Below are positions 19,075-28,576 of a DNA stretch of 64,000 bases, piece by piece (positions within the stretch are counted from its first letter, which is position 1; each line of letters starts with the position of its first letter). A program made the translations under genes and the position numbers. Origin of the DNA: an uncultured Acidobacteriota bacterium (GTDB taxonomy: Bacteria; Acidobacteriota; Thermoanaerobaculia; Multivoradales; SZUA-115); contig CAWDVR010000001.1 of NCBI GenBank assembly GCA_963805975.1, forward strand, positions 576,001-640,000, given 5' to 3'. The notes beneath the pieces were generated by a model that had not been told where the DNA came from, searched no databases, and worked only from the letters and a program-made list of their open reading frames with translations.

Positions 19075-19671
19075 ATGCAACGTCGAATTTGGGCATTCTT
19101 GACGGTTTGTGTCTGCGGTCTGGCTCTGGGGGCGGGCTTCGCCACGGCCCAGCAGGGGGGCGCTGCTCCCTCGGCCGAGGAGCAGGCGATGATGGCCGCG
19201 ATGACTCCCGGCGAGCACCATCGCCACCTCGACTCCATGGCGGGAAGCTGGAACACGAAGTTCAAGCTGTGGATGGATCCCAGCCAGCCGCCGATGGAGT
19301 CGGCGGGCACGGCGGAGGCCAAGTGGATCCTGGACGGCCGCTACCTGGAGTCCGTGCACAAGGGCAACATGATGGGCATGCCCTTCGAAGGCCACGGCCT
19401 GGAGGGCTACGACAACCTGGCCAAGGAGTACGTCGGCACCTGGGTGGACAACATGGGCACCGGCATCATGGTCTCCAAAGGGAAGTGCTCGGACGGCGGC
19501 AAGGTCCATACCGGCATCGGCGACACCCTCGACCCGATGACGGGCAAGGCGACGAAGGTCCGCATGGTGACCACGGCCGTCGACGCCAAGTCCTACCGCA
19601 TGGAGATGTACATGACCCCGCAGGGCGGCAGCGAGTTCAAGTCCATGGAGATGGTCGCGACCCGCAAGTAG
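19075..19671 (+). CDS. Secreted DUF1579 family protein
   Basis: Signal peptide; MTPGEHH, GMPFEGHGLEGYDN and WVDNMGTG; RBS AAGGAG. Confidence 0.82.
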   Translation: MQRRIWAFLTVCVCGLALGAGFATAQQGGAAPSAEEQAMMAAMTPGEHHRHLDSMAGSWNTKFKLWMDPSQPPMESAGTAEAKWILDGRYLESVHKGNMMGMPFEGHGLEGYDNLAKEYVGTWVDNMGTGIMVSKGKCSDGGKVHTGIGDTLDPMTGKATKVRMVTTAVDAKSYRMEMYMTPQGGSEFKSMEMVATRK

Positions 19672-19792
19672 GCCCTCCAGGAAGAATCGCCCGGTACGGG
19701 TTGTTTCTCTGGCGTAGAATCGTTTGCAGCCGGCGCGGCTTCCCCTCGTGGGCCCGCCGCGCCGGCCCCGCATCACGAACCGCCGCCATCCC

Positions 19793-19821
19793 GCAGATCC
19801 CGCTTCGTGCTCGGGATGACA
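19793..19821 (-). repeat. Single REP-like palindromic unit
   Basis: The minus strand reads TGTCATCCCGAGCACGAAGCGGGATCTGC, i.e. GTC-ATCCCG...CGGGAT, similar in layout to the element at 14757. Confidence 0.45.
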
Positions 19822-19839
19822 GACAACCAGGAGGAAGCC

Positions 19840-20271
19840 GTGCCCTACAGCCCCATGTTGGTCAAACCCATGCGTGAAGAGCTGACCTCGATCGGTGTCG
19901 CCGAGCTGCTGACGGCGGCCGACGTCGACGCTTTCATCGCCCAGAAGGAAGGCACCAGCCTGCTGGTCTTCAACTCGGTCTGCGGTTGCGCCGCGGGCAT
20001 GGCCCGGCCGGGCGTGCGACTGGCGCTCGAGAGCCCCCACAAGCCCGACCGGATGGCGTCGGTCTTCGCCGGCCAGGATCTCGAGGCCACGGCCCGCGCC
20101 CGCCAGCACCTCGCCGACATCCCGCCCTCCTCGCCGTCGATCGCCCTGTTCAAGGATGGCGAGCTCGTCCACTTCGTGCCGCGACACCGCATCGAAGGCC
20201 GCGACGCCCTGCAGGTGGCCGACGACCTGATCACCGCCTTCGAGGCGCACGGCGCCCAGGCCGCGGGCTAG
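19840..20271 (+). CDS. BrxA/BrxB family bacilliredoxin
   Basis: PMREELT, NSVCGCAAGMARP (CGC motif), VFAGQD and PPSSPSIALFKDG; GTG start after RBS GGAGG. Confidence 0.9.
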   Translation: MPYSPMLVKPMREELTSIGVAELLTAADVDAFIAQKEGTSLLVFNSVCGCAAGMARPGVRLALESPHKPDRMASVFAGQDLEATARARQHLADIPPSSPSIALFKDGELVHFVPRHRIEGRDALQVADDLITAFEAHGAQAAG

Positions 20272-20295
20272 CCCCCTCTTTGCCGGAAGCCACCG

Positions 20296-20568
20296 ATGGG
20301 GACCTTCCACCAGGGCAAGGGCGAGCTCCACGGCATCACCGTGGTGGTGGACACCGCGGGCCCCGAGGTCTACGTGGGCCGTTGCGACGAAGTGCGGCCG
20401 GACGGCGTGGTGCTGCTCGACGGCAACCTGCACCGGGACGGCGCGGACGGCCGGAGCAAGGCCGAGTGGGTGAGCGCCGCCTCGCGCTTCGGGGTGTGGA
20501 AGAAGTTCGACCGCTTCGTGGTGCCCGCCGAGCAGGTGGTCTCGGTGCGCCGCCTCGGAGATCTCTAA
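20296..20568 (+). CDS. Small hypothetical protein, beta-rich
   Basis: A 90-aa ORF with host-like codon usage, tightly packed between the brx gene and pruA. Confidence 0.7.
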   Translation: MGTFHQGKGELHGITVVVDTAGPEVYVGRCDEVRPDGVVLLDGNLHRDGADGRSKAEWVSAASRFGVWKKFDRFVVPAEQVVSVRRLGDL

Positions 20569-20577
20569 GGAGCCTCG

Positions 20578-22212
20578 ATGCCCAACCGCATCACCCGCAT
20601 CCCGCACCCCGTCAACGAGCCGGTCAGGAGCTACGCGCCGGGCAGCCCGGAGAAGCGCTCGCTCAAAGGTCGGCTCGGCGACATGCTGGCCGACGAGATC
20701 GAGGTCCCGCTGCTGATCGGCGGCAAGGAAGTGCGGACCGGTAACACGGCACGGGCGATCTGCCCGCACGACCACGGCCACGTGGTCGCCAACTTCCACC
20801 AGGCCGGCACTGCCGAGGTGGAGCAGGCGATCGCCGCCGCGGGCCAGGCCTGGCACGAGTGGTCGGAGATGGAGTGGACCGACCGCGCCGCGATCTTCCT
20901 CAAGGCGGCCGAGCTTCTGGCCGGCCCGTGGCGCGACACGCTGAACGCCGCCACCATGCTCAACCAGTCGAAGACCGTGTTCCAGGCGGAGATCGACGCG
21001 GCCTGCGAGCTGATCGACTTCTGGCGCTACAACCCGCACTACATGGCGGAGATCTATGCCGATCAGCCCCTCTCCTCGCCCGGGGTCTGGAACTACGGCG
21101 AGTACCGGGCGCTCGAGGGCTTCGTGTTCGCGGTGACGCCGTTCAATTTCACCTCGATCGGCGGCAACCTGCCGACCGCGCCGGCGTTGATGGGCAACAC
21201 GGTGCTGTGGAAGCCGGCCTCGACGGCGGTGGTCTCGGCCTACTACATCGCCAAGCTCCTCGAAGAGGCCGGTCTCCCTCCCGGGGTCATCAACTTCGTT
21301 CCGGGCAGCGGCAGCAAGGTCGGCAACCCGGTGCTCGCCAGCCGCGAGCTCGCGGGCATCCACTTCACCGGCTCGACGGCGGTGTTCAACGGCATGTGGC
21401 GCACCATGGCCGGGAACCTCGAGAGCTACCGCGGCTACCCGCGCATCGTGGGCGAGACCGGTGGCAAGGACTTCGTTTTCGCCCATCCCTCGGCCGACCG
21501 GCAGGCACTGGTGACGGCCCTGGTACGCGGCGCCTTCGAGTACCAGGGGCAGAAATGCTCGGCGGCGTCCCGTGCCTACGTGCCGAAGTCGCTCTGGGAC
21601 GGCGGCGTGCGCGACAGCCTGGCCGATCAGGTGGAGTCCCTCACCATGGGCAGCCCGCTCGACTTCCGCAACTTCATGGCGGCGGTGATCGACGAGGCCT
21701 CGTTCGACAACACCATGAGCTACATCGAGCACGCCAGGGGCGCGGCCGGCTTCGAGATCATCGCCGGCGGCCGGGGCGACAAGTCGGAAGGCTACTTCGT
21801 GCGCCCGACAGTGATCCGCTCGGACGATCCGTCCTCGAAGCTGATGTGCGAGGAGATCTTCGCGCCGGTCCTGACCGTGCACGTCTACGCGGACTCGGAG
21901 GTCGACGCCGCGGTGGAGCGCTGCAACACGACCGGGCCGTACGCCCTGACCGGCGCGGTCTTCGCCCAGGACCGGAAGGTGATCGTCGAGCTGGCCACGA
22001 AGCTCCGGCACGCGGCGGGCAACTTCTACATCAACGACAAGCCGACGGGCGCGGTGGTGGGGCAGCAGCCTTTCGGAGGCTCGCGCGCCTCGGGCACCAA
22101 CGACAAGGCGGGCTCGAAGGCGAACCTGATGCGCTGGGTGTCGCAGCGTTCGATCAAGGAGACTTTCGTCCCGCCCACGGACTATCGCTACCTGTTCATG
22201 GGGGAGGAGTAG
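20578..22212 (+). CDS. pruA: L-glutamate gamma-semialdehyde (P5C) dehydrogenase
   Basis: NEPVRSYAPGSPE, AEIDAACELIDF, GETGGKDF, FEYQGQKCSA and NDKPTGAVVGQQPFGG. Confidence 0.95.
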   Translation: MPNRITRIPHPVNEPVRSYAPGSPEKRSLKGRLGDMLADEIEVPLLIGGKEVRTGNTARAICPHDHGHVVANFHQAGTAEVEQAIAAAGQAWHEWSEMEWTDRAAIFLKAAELLAGPWRDTLNAATMLNQSKTVFQAEIDAACELIDFWRYNPHYMAEIYADQPLSSPGVWNYGEYRALEGFVFAVTPFNFTSIGGNLPTAPALMGNTVLWKPASTAVVSAYYIAKLLEEAGLPPGVINFVPGSGSKVGNPVLASRELAGIHFTGSTAVFNGMWRTMAGNLESYRGYPRIVGETGGKDFVFAHPSADRQALVTALVRGAFEYQGQKCSAASRAYVPKSLWDGGVRDSLADQVESLTMGSPLDFRNFMAAVIDEASFDNTMSYIEHARGAAGFEIIAGGRGDKSEGYFVRPTVIRSDDPSSKLMCEEIFAPVLTVHVYADSEVDAAVERCNTTGPYALTGAVFAQDRKVIVELATKLRHAAGNFYINDKPTGAVVGQQPFGGSRASGTNDKAGSKANLMRWVSQRSIKETFVPPTDYRYLFMGEE

Positions 22213-22221
22213 CCGGGCCGC

Positions 22222-22235
22222 GTGACGTTTGTCAC
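22222..22235. promoter_or_regulatory. Inverted repeat GTGAC-N4-GTCAC, candidate operator for the downstream NarL/DesR-type regulator
   Basis: Perfect 5-bp arms 77 nt upstream of the ABC ATPase start; a possible extra half-site GTTAC lies at 22244. Confidence 0.45.
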
Positions 22236-22311
22236 CCGAAGAGGTTACGTTCGCCTCTAACCCAGACCGGCCTTCGGGTCCGAGAATCGTCCTCGTCAGA
22301 AGGAGGACGAA

Positions 22312-23262
22312 ATGGACCCGACCCGCAATCAAGCTGTCGCCGAGCTCCCCGTCGCCCAGCCCCCTGTCGCCGAGCTACGGGGCGCAACCAAGAAATACGG
22401 CTCGATCACCGCTCTGGACGGCGTCGACCTCGCGCTGCGGCGCGGCGAGGTGACGGCGCTCCTGGGCCCGAACGGCGCCGGCAAGACCACCGCCGTCAAG
22501 CTGCTGCTCGGCCTGGTGCGGCCCACGGCCGGCCGGGCGCGGCTCTTCGGCCGCGACCCCTGGAGCACCGAGGCCCGCGTGCGCGCCGGCGCCATGCTGC
22601 AGGTCTCGAAGGTGCCGGAGACGCTCCGCGTCCGCGAGCATCTCGACCTCTTCCGCAGCTACTACCCGCGGCCCATGCCGCTCGACGAGCTGGTGGAGGT
22701 CGCCGGCCTCGCCGGGCTCGAAGGGCGCCTCTACGGCAAGCTCTCGGGCGGGCAGAAGCAGCGCCTGGCCTTCGCCCTGGCGCTCTGCGGCGACCCCGAG
22801 CTGCTCTTTCTCGACGAGCCCACGGTGGGGCTCGACGTGGAGGCGCGGCGCGGCTTCTGGGGCGAGGTCCGGCGCCTGGCCGGCGCCGGCCGCACCCTGC
22901 TCCTGACCACGCACTACCTGGAAGAGGCCGACTCGCTCGCCGACCGGGTGGTGGTGCTGCAGCAGGGCCGCATCGTGGCCGACGGCACGCCGGCCGAGAT
23001 CAAGGCGCGGGCCGCGGCGCGCAAGGTGCGCTGCGTCACCCGCGTGGCGGTGGCCGACGTGCTCTGCTGGCCGGGGGTGGCGAGCGCGTCCCGCGACCGC
23101 GGTGTGCTGGAGATCCTCGCCACCGACGCCGACTCCGTGGTGCGCGAGCTGCTCGCCCGCGATCCCGGCCTCTCCGGCCTCGAGGTCCTGAACGCCGGCC
23201 TCGAGGAAGCCTTCCTCGCCCTCACCCAAGAGCATCGCCACTTCGAGAAAGGGGCCGCCTGA
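22312..23262 (+). CDS. ABC-2 type exporter ATP-binding subunit
   Basis: GPNGAGKT, LSGGQKQR, LDEPT and TTHYLEEA. Confidence 0.93.
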   Translation: MDPTRNQAVAELPVAQPPVAELRGATKKYGSITALDGVDLALRRGEVTALLGPNGAGKTTAVKLLLGLVRPTAGRARLFGRDPWSTEARVRAGAMLQVSKVPETLRVREHLDLFRSYYPRPMPLDELVEVAGLAGLEGRLYGKLSGGQKQRLAFALALCGDPELLFLDEPTVGLDVEARRGFWGEVRRLAGAGRTLLLTTHYLEEADSLADRVVVLQQGRIVADGTPAEIKARAAARKVRCVTRVAVADVLCWPGVASASRDRGVLEILATDADSVVRELLARDPGLSGLEVLNAGLEEAFLALTQEHRHFEKGAA

Positions 23263-24065
23263 TGACCACGCTCGCCGCCGTTGCCGATGCTCCGGGCTCG
23301 CGGAGCCTGCTGCGGATCTATCTCCTGGAAGCGAAGTACGAGTTCCTGAAGGTGCTGCGCCTGCCGGGATACGTCCTGCCCACGCTTACCTTCCCGCTGA
23401 TGTTCTACCTGCTCTTCGGCGTCGCCTTCGGCGCCGCGAAGGTGGTGGGGCAGGTGAACATGGCGACCTACCTGCTCCCCACCTACGGCGCGTTCGGCGT
23501 CATCGGCGCCTCGCTCTTCGGCTTCGGCGTGGGGGTCGCGGTAGAACGTGGGCAGGGGTGGATGCTTCTCAAGCGCGCCAGCCCGATGCCGCCTGCCGCC
23601 TACTTCTTCGCCAAGATCGTCATGGCGATGCTCTTCGGCGCCTTGATCATCCTCGGCCTCTTCGCTCTTGGCGCCGGTGCGGGTGGCGTCCGCCTGCCGG
23701 CGCTGACCTGGCTGGCGCTCGGTGGCACGCTGGTGGCGGGCGCGCTGCCGTTCTGCGCCTTCGGGCTGGTGATCGGCAGCTTCGCCGGTCCCAACTCGGC
23801 CCCGGCGCTGGTCAACCTCGTGTACCTGCCGATGGGCTTCGCGTCGGGGTTGTGGATCCCGGTCGACATGTTGCCCGGCTTCTTCCAGAAGCTCGCGGTC
23901 ACGCTGCCGGCCTATCACTACGGCCAGCTCGCGCTCCTCAACCTGGATGCCGCCCGCGGCACGTCGGCCGTCGGCCACCTGATCTATCTCGCGGTTTTCA
24001 CCGTAGTTTGTCTGGTGGTGGCGAGCATCGGGCTCCGCCGCAATGAGGACCGGGCGTACGGCTAG
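23262..24065 (+). CDS. ABC-2 type exporter permease
   Basis: TGATG coupling to the ATPase; about six TM helices; ERGQGW..KRASPM and SGLWIP. Confidence 0.9.
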   Translation: MTTLAAVADAPGSRSLLRIYLLEAKYEFLKVLRLPGYVLPTLTFPLMFYLLFGVAFGAAKVVGQVNMATYLLPTYGAFGVIGASLFGFGVGVAVERGQGWMLLKRASPMPPAAYFFAKIVMAMLFGALIILGLFALGAGAGGVRLPALTWLALGGTLVAGALPFCAFGLVIGSFAGPNSAPALVNLVYLPMGFASGLWIPVDMLPGFFQKLAVTLPAYHYGQLALLNLDAARGTSAVGHLIYLAVFTVVCLVVASIGLRRNEDRAYG

Positions 24066-24098
24066 GATAGCCCTGCCCATCGATTCGAGGAGACTGAC

Positions 24099-25940
24099 AT
24101 GGCTATCGAGACAAGGTCTGTCGCCCGGCCGCTGCGGCGAGCCCTGGCGGGCGTGCTCGCCGCCCTGGCGCTGGCTGTAGCGCCCGGGGTGTGGGCGCCC
24201 GGGGCTGGGGCGGCCGAAGAGGGAACGGCCGAGAAGGTGATCGCGGTCGTGAACGCCCGGCTGTTCGACGGCGAGAAGGTGGTGCCGCGGGCCACGGTGG
24301 TGTTCTCGACCGCCGGCAAGGTGCTGGCCGTGGGGCCGGAGGTCCAGCCGCCGGCCGGAGCGGAGGTGATCGACGGCAGCGGCCGCACGCTCTTGCCGGG
24401 CTTGATCGACGCCCACACCCACTCCTTTCTGGGGGCGCTCGAACGGGCGCTGGTCTTCGGCGTGACCACGAACCTCGACATGATGACCGACCCGACCTGG
24501 GCCGCGGCCCGGCGCCGGGAGCAGGCCGAGGGCAAGGCCACGGGCCGCGCCGACCTGTTCTCGGCCAGCACCCTGGTGACCGCCCCCGGCGGCCACGGCA
24601 CACAGTTCGGGGTGGTGATCCCGACGCTCGCCAGGCCCGAGGACGCGGAGGCGTTCGTTGCCGCCCGCATCGCCGAGGGGGCGGACTACGTGAAGATCGT
24701 CTCCGAGGACGGCTCGCAGTTCGGCGGCCGCCTCGGTGCGCTCGACCGGCCCACCATCGCGGCGGCGATCGTCGCTGCCCAGAAGCAGGGCAAGCTCGCC
24801 GTGGTCCACGTCAGCACCTTCGGCCGCGCGCAGGAGGCGATCGCCGACGGTGCGAACGGGCTCGTCCACCTCTTCCTGGACAAGCCTGCGGATCTGGCCA
24901 TGGCACGGCTCACCGGCGAGCGCCACGCCTTCGTGATCCCGACGCTGGTGGTGCTCGAAGGCATGACCGGCAAGGCCGGGGGCGCCTCTCTCACGACCGA
25001 TCCCCGCACCCAGCCGTACCTGACGGTGGCCGAGGTGCAGAACCTGAAGCAGATGTTCCCGCGCCACGGTGAGACCCGGCTCGACCCGGCCCTCGAGACC
25101 GTGCGCCTGATGAAGGCCGCCGGCGTGCCGATCCTCGCCGGCAGCGACGCGCCCAATCCAGGCACCGCGCACGGTTCGGCCCTGCACCGCGAGCTGGAGC
25201 TGCTGGTCCAGGCCGGCCTCACGCCGGCCGAAGCCCTGGCCGCCGCCACCTCGGTGCCTGCCCGCGAGTTCGGGCTGGCGGACCGCGGCCGGGTTGCGCC
25301 CGGCCTGGTGGCGGACCTGCTCCTGGTCGAGGGCGACCCGACCCAGGACGTCACGGCCACGCGGGCGATCCGCAACGTCTGGAAGCGAGGTCACGCCGTG
25401 GACCGGCCGCTCCAGGATGCGGCGCCCGCCGAGGCGCCCAAGCTGGCGGCCGGCCTGGTGAGCGACTTCGACGGCGACGAGGTGAGTGCCACGACGGGGG
25501 TGGGCTGGGTGACCTCCACGGATCAGTTCCGCGGCGGGACCTCGACCGCGGCGATCGAGCTCACCGCGGGCGGAGCGGCCGGGAGCAAGGGCTCGCTCGC
25601 GGTGAGCGGCGAGATCCGTGCCGGCTTCGCCTTCCCCTGGGCCGGTGCGATGTACTTTCCCGGCGCCGCGGCCATGGCGCCGGTCGATGCCTCCGGCCTG
25701 CGGGAGCTGGTGTTCTGGGCGCGAGGCGAGGGCGGGACCTTCCGGGTGATGGCGCTCTCGGGCAGCGCGGCCGTACCGTCCATGCAGACCTTCGAGGTCG
25801 GGCCCGAGTGGCGCGAGGTGGTGCTGCAGCTCTCCAGCTTCTCCGGCATGGACCCCAGGGCGCTCCTCGGCCTGCTGTTCTCGGCGAGCAGCTCGCCGGG
25901 CCCGTTCCGGTTCCAGATCGACGACATCCGGCTGCGCTAG
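24099..25940 (+). CDS. Secreted amidohydrolase fused to a C-terminal CIA30/CBM11-like domain
   Basis: Signal peptide; LPGLIDAHTH, LAGSDAPN and GLVADLLLVEGDP; C-terminal beta-sandwich ending FQIDDIRL. Confidence 0.83.
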   Translation: MAIETRSVARPLRRALAGVLAALALAVAPGVWAPGAGAAEEGTAEKVIAVVNARLFDGEKVVPRATVVFSTAGKVLAVGPEVQPPAGAEVIDGSGRTLLPGLIDAHTHSFLGALERALVFGVTTNLDMMTDPTWAAARRREQAEGKATGRADLFSASTLVTAPGGHGTQFGVVIPTLARPEDAEAFVAARIAEGADYVKIVSEDGSQFGGRLGALDRPTIAAAIVAAQKQGKLAVVHVSTFGRAQEAIADGANGLVHLFLDKPADLAMARLTGERHAFVIPTLVVLEGMTGKAGGASLTTDPRTQPYLTVAEVQNLKQMFPRHGETRLDPALETVRLMKAAGVPILAGSDAPNPGTAHGSALHRELELLVQAGLTPAEALAAATSVPAREFGLADRGRVAPGLVADLLLVEGDPTQDVTATRAIRNVWKRGHAVDRPLQDAAPAEAPKLAAGLVSDFDGDEVSATTGVGWVTSTDQFRGGTSTAAIELTAGGAAGSKGSLAVSGEIRAGFAFPWAGAMYFPGAAAMAPVDASGLRELVFWARGEGGTFRVMALSGSAAVPSMQTFEVGPEWREVVLQLSSFSGMDPRALLGLLFSASSSPGPFRFQIDDIRLR

Positions 25941-25958
25941 GCGCCGGACCCTCGAGCC

Positions 25959-27077
25959 ATGCGCCTGCTCCCCAAAGACCCCGAGATCGGCTGGACGCCC
26001 TACGTCTGGCTGGTCTATCTCGTCCAGTTTCCCGTCCACCTGCTGTTCGAAGAGGCCGGTGCGCTCGAATGGGCGCTGACCGTCGCCGCGCTGGCGATCT
26101 TCCTCGTCCTCTACTTCCGCGGCTTCTGGCTCGACGGCCGGCGGCTGCTGGTGGTGATCGCCGCCATCGCCCTCCTCGGCATCTCCTTCTCGCCGTTCAA
26201 CCCGGGAGCGGTGGTGTTCTTCATCTACGCCGGCGCCTTCGCCGCGCATGCGGGTCCGCCGCGCCTTGCCTGGCGCGTACTGCTCGCTCTGGAGCTGGTG
26301 CTCGCCCTCGAGACCTGGCTGGCCCCGATCCGGCTCCTGTGGGCGGTCCCCGGCCTGCTCTTCACCGTGCTGATCGGCGCGATCAACATCTTCTACCGCG
26401 AGCGCAGCCTCGCCTCGGCCAAGCTCAGGCTGGCGCAGGAGGAGGTGGAGCGGCTGGCGACCATGGCCGAGCGCGAGCGCATCGGCCGCGACCTGCACGA
26501 CCTGCTGGGGCACACGCTGTCGGTGATCACCCTCAAGTCCGAGCTCGCGGCGCGGCTCGCCCTCACGCAGCCGGAGCGGGCGCAGCGCGAGATGCGGGAG
26601 GTGGAGCGCATCGCGCGCCAGTCCATGGGCGAGGTGCGGGAGGCGGTGCGCGGCTTCCGCGCCGCCGGCCTCGAGGCCGAGCTCGCCAATGCCCACCTCG
26701 CCTGCGAGGCGGCCGGGGTGGCGCTCAGCATCGAGCGGGACGAGGTCGCGCCCGGCGCCAACGCGCTGGGCGCCAGGCAGGAGAACGCCCTGGCTCTCGC
26801 GTTGCGCGAGGCGGTGACCAACGTGGTGCGCCACGCCGGCGCGAGCCGCTGCCGCGTGCGCCTCTCGAAGGCCGGCGAGGAGGTCGTGCTGACGGTCGGC
26901 GACGACGGCCGCGGCGGCGCTCCGTCCGAGGGCTCCGGGCTCGCCGGCATGCGCGAGCGCATCGCGGCGCTGGGCGGCACCGTGACCCGCGACGGCACCC
27001 GCGGCACCCGGGTCGAGGTGCGGTTGCCCGCTTTCTCAGGCCCGGTGGCTCCGGCCCGGCTGCGGAGCGCCGGCTGA
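25959..27077 (+). CDS. DesK-like membrane sensor histidine kinase (HisKA_3)
   Basis: N-terminal TM helices; ERERIGRDLHDLLGH, REAVTNVVRHA, DDGRG and GSGLAGMRER. Confidence 0.92.
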   Translation: MRLLPKDPEIGWTPYVWLVYLVQFPVHLLFEEAGALEWALTVAALAIFLVLYFRGFWLDGRRLLVVIAAIALLGISFSPFNPGAVVFFIYAGAFAAHAGPPRLAWRVLLALELVLALETWLAPIRLLWAVPGLLFTVLIGAINIFYRERSLASAKLRLAQEEVERLATMAERERIGRDLHDLLGHTLSVITLKSELAARLALTQPERAQREMREVERIARQSMGEVREAVRGFRAAGLEAELANAHLACEAAGVALSIERDEVAPGANALGARQENALALALREAVTNVVRHAGASRCRVRLSKAGEEVVLTVGDDGRGGAPSEGSGLAGMRERIAALGGTVTRDGTRGTRVEVRLPAFSGPVAPARLRSAG

Positions 27078-27679
27078 TGATCCGCGTGCTCCTGGCCGAG
27101 GACCAGGCCCTGGTGCGCGGCGCGCTCGCCGCCCTGCTCGAGACCGAGGGCGACTTCGAGGTGGTGGGCGAAGCGGCCGACGGCCGGGAGGCGCTGGAGC
27201 TGGCGCTGGCGAGGACGCCGGACGTGGTGGTCACCGACATCGAGATGCCCCACCTGACCGGCCTCGAGGTGGCGGCCGAGCTCCAGGCGCGCGGCTGCAG
27301 CTCCCGGGTGGTGATCGTCACCACCTTCGCCCGTGCCGGCTACCTGCGGCGGGCGCTCGAAGCCGGCGCCGTGGGCTACCTGCTCAAGGACTCGCCGGCC
27401 GCCGAGCTGGCGGCGGCACTGCGTCGGGTCCACGCCGGGGGCCGCGCCATCTCGCCCGAGCTCGCGGCCGAGGCCTGGACCGAGGCCGATCCGCTCTCCG
27501 ACCGCGAGCGCCAGGTGCTGCGCCTGGCGGGGGAGGGGATGACCGGCAGCCGCATCGCCCGCGAGCTCCACCTCTCGGAGGGCACGGTACGCAACTACCT
27601 GTCGGAGGCGGTCGGCAAGCTCGGCGCCGCCAACCGCGTGGAAGCCGCGCGCCTCGCCCGCGAGAAGGGCTGGCTATAG
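27077..27679 (+). CDS. DesR/NarL-family response regulator
   Basis: LAEDQ, DIEMP and GYLLKD; HTH LSEGTVRNYLS; TGATG coupling to the kinase. Confidence 0.93.
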   Translation: MIRVLLAEDQALVRGALAALLETEGDFEVVGEAADGREALELALARTPDVVVTDIEMPHLTGLEVAAELQARGCSSRVVIVTTFARAGYLRRALEAGAVGYLLKDSPAAELAAALRRVHAGGRAISPELAAEAWTEADPLSDRERQVLRLAGEGMTGSRIARELHLSEGTVRNYLSEAVGKLGAANRVEAARLAREKGWL

Positions 27680-27689
27680 AATCCTGCGC

Positions 27690-28556
27690 ATGGCGCGGAT
27701 CGCCGTACTGGCGGATCTCCACGGCAACGTACCGGCCACGGAAGCGGTGCTCGCCGACCTCGAGCGCCAGCGGGTGGACGAGGTGCTGCTGGGCGGCGAC
27801 CTGGTGGGCCGCGGGCCGCAGGGCGGTGCCGTCGTGCGGCGTCTCGCCGCCACCGGCTGGCGCTCGGTGCGCGGCAACCACGAGGACTACCTGCTCGACT
27901 TCCGCGCCGGACGCGTGCCCGCGGACTGGCTGTTCACCGAAGAGTGGTCGGCGGCGCGCTGGATGGCTTCCGAGCTCTCGGCCAGCGAGTCGGCGTACAT
28001 CGCGGCGCTGCCGTTCTCGCTCAGCTCGGCACTGGCGCCGGGGCTGCGGCTGGTGCACGGCAGCCCGCGCTCGGCCAACGAGGGGCTCGGCCCCTGGACG
28101 GCCGAGCAGGAGCTCTGCGACCACCTCGCCCTGGTGGAGGAGAGCCTGCTGGTCTGCGCGCACACCCATCGCCCGATGGAGCGCCGCGTACCGGGCGGGA
28201 CGGTGGTCAACGTGGGCTCGGTGGGGCTGCCGTTCAACGGCGACCGGCGCGCCCAGTACACGATCTTCGAGCCGACCGAGAGCGGCTGGGAGGTGGAGCT
28301 GCGGGGCGTGCCCTACGATCTCGCCGAGATCTTCGAGATCTACGAGTCCTCGGGCTTCCTCGCGGCGGGCGGCGCCACCGCGCGGCTGCTGCGGCTCGAG
28401 CTCGAGCACGCTCGGCCCTTCCTGGTACCGTTCTTGAAGTGGGCGGAGGCGAGCGCGGTGCGGCCCGAGCCGCAACGCATCCCGGATTTCCTCGATTTCT
28501 TCCGCCCCGAGGAACCGTTGGGCACGTTTTTCGGCCGTCTCGCCGCCCTCGGCTGA
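27690..28556 (+). CDS. Calcineurin-like metallophosphoesterase
   Basis: DLHGN, GDLVG, GNHE, VHGSP, HTH and NVGSVG. Confidence 0.9.
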   Translation: MARIAVLADLHGNVPATEAVLADLERQRVDEVLLGGDLVGRGPQGGAVVRRLAATGWRSVRGNHEDYLLDFRAGRVPADWLFTEEWSAARWMASELSASESAYIAALPFSLSSALAPGLRLVHGSPRSANEGLGPWTAEQELCDHLALVEESLLVCAHTHRPMERRVPGGTVVNVGSVGLPFNGDRRAQYTIFEPTESGWEVELRGVPYDLAEIFEIYESSGFLAAGGATARLLRLELEHARPFLVPFLKWAEASAVRPEPQRIPDFLDFFRPEEPLGTFFGRLAALG

Positions 28557-28576
28557 CGGCGTCTTCCGGAGGTTCT

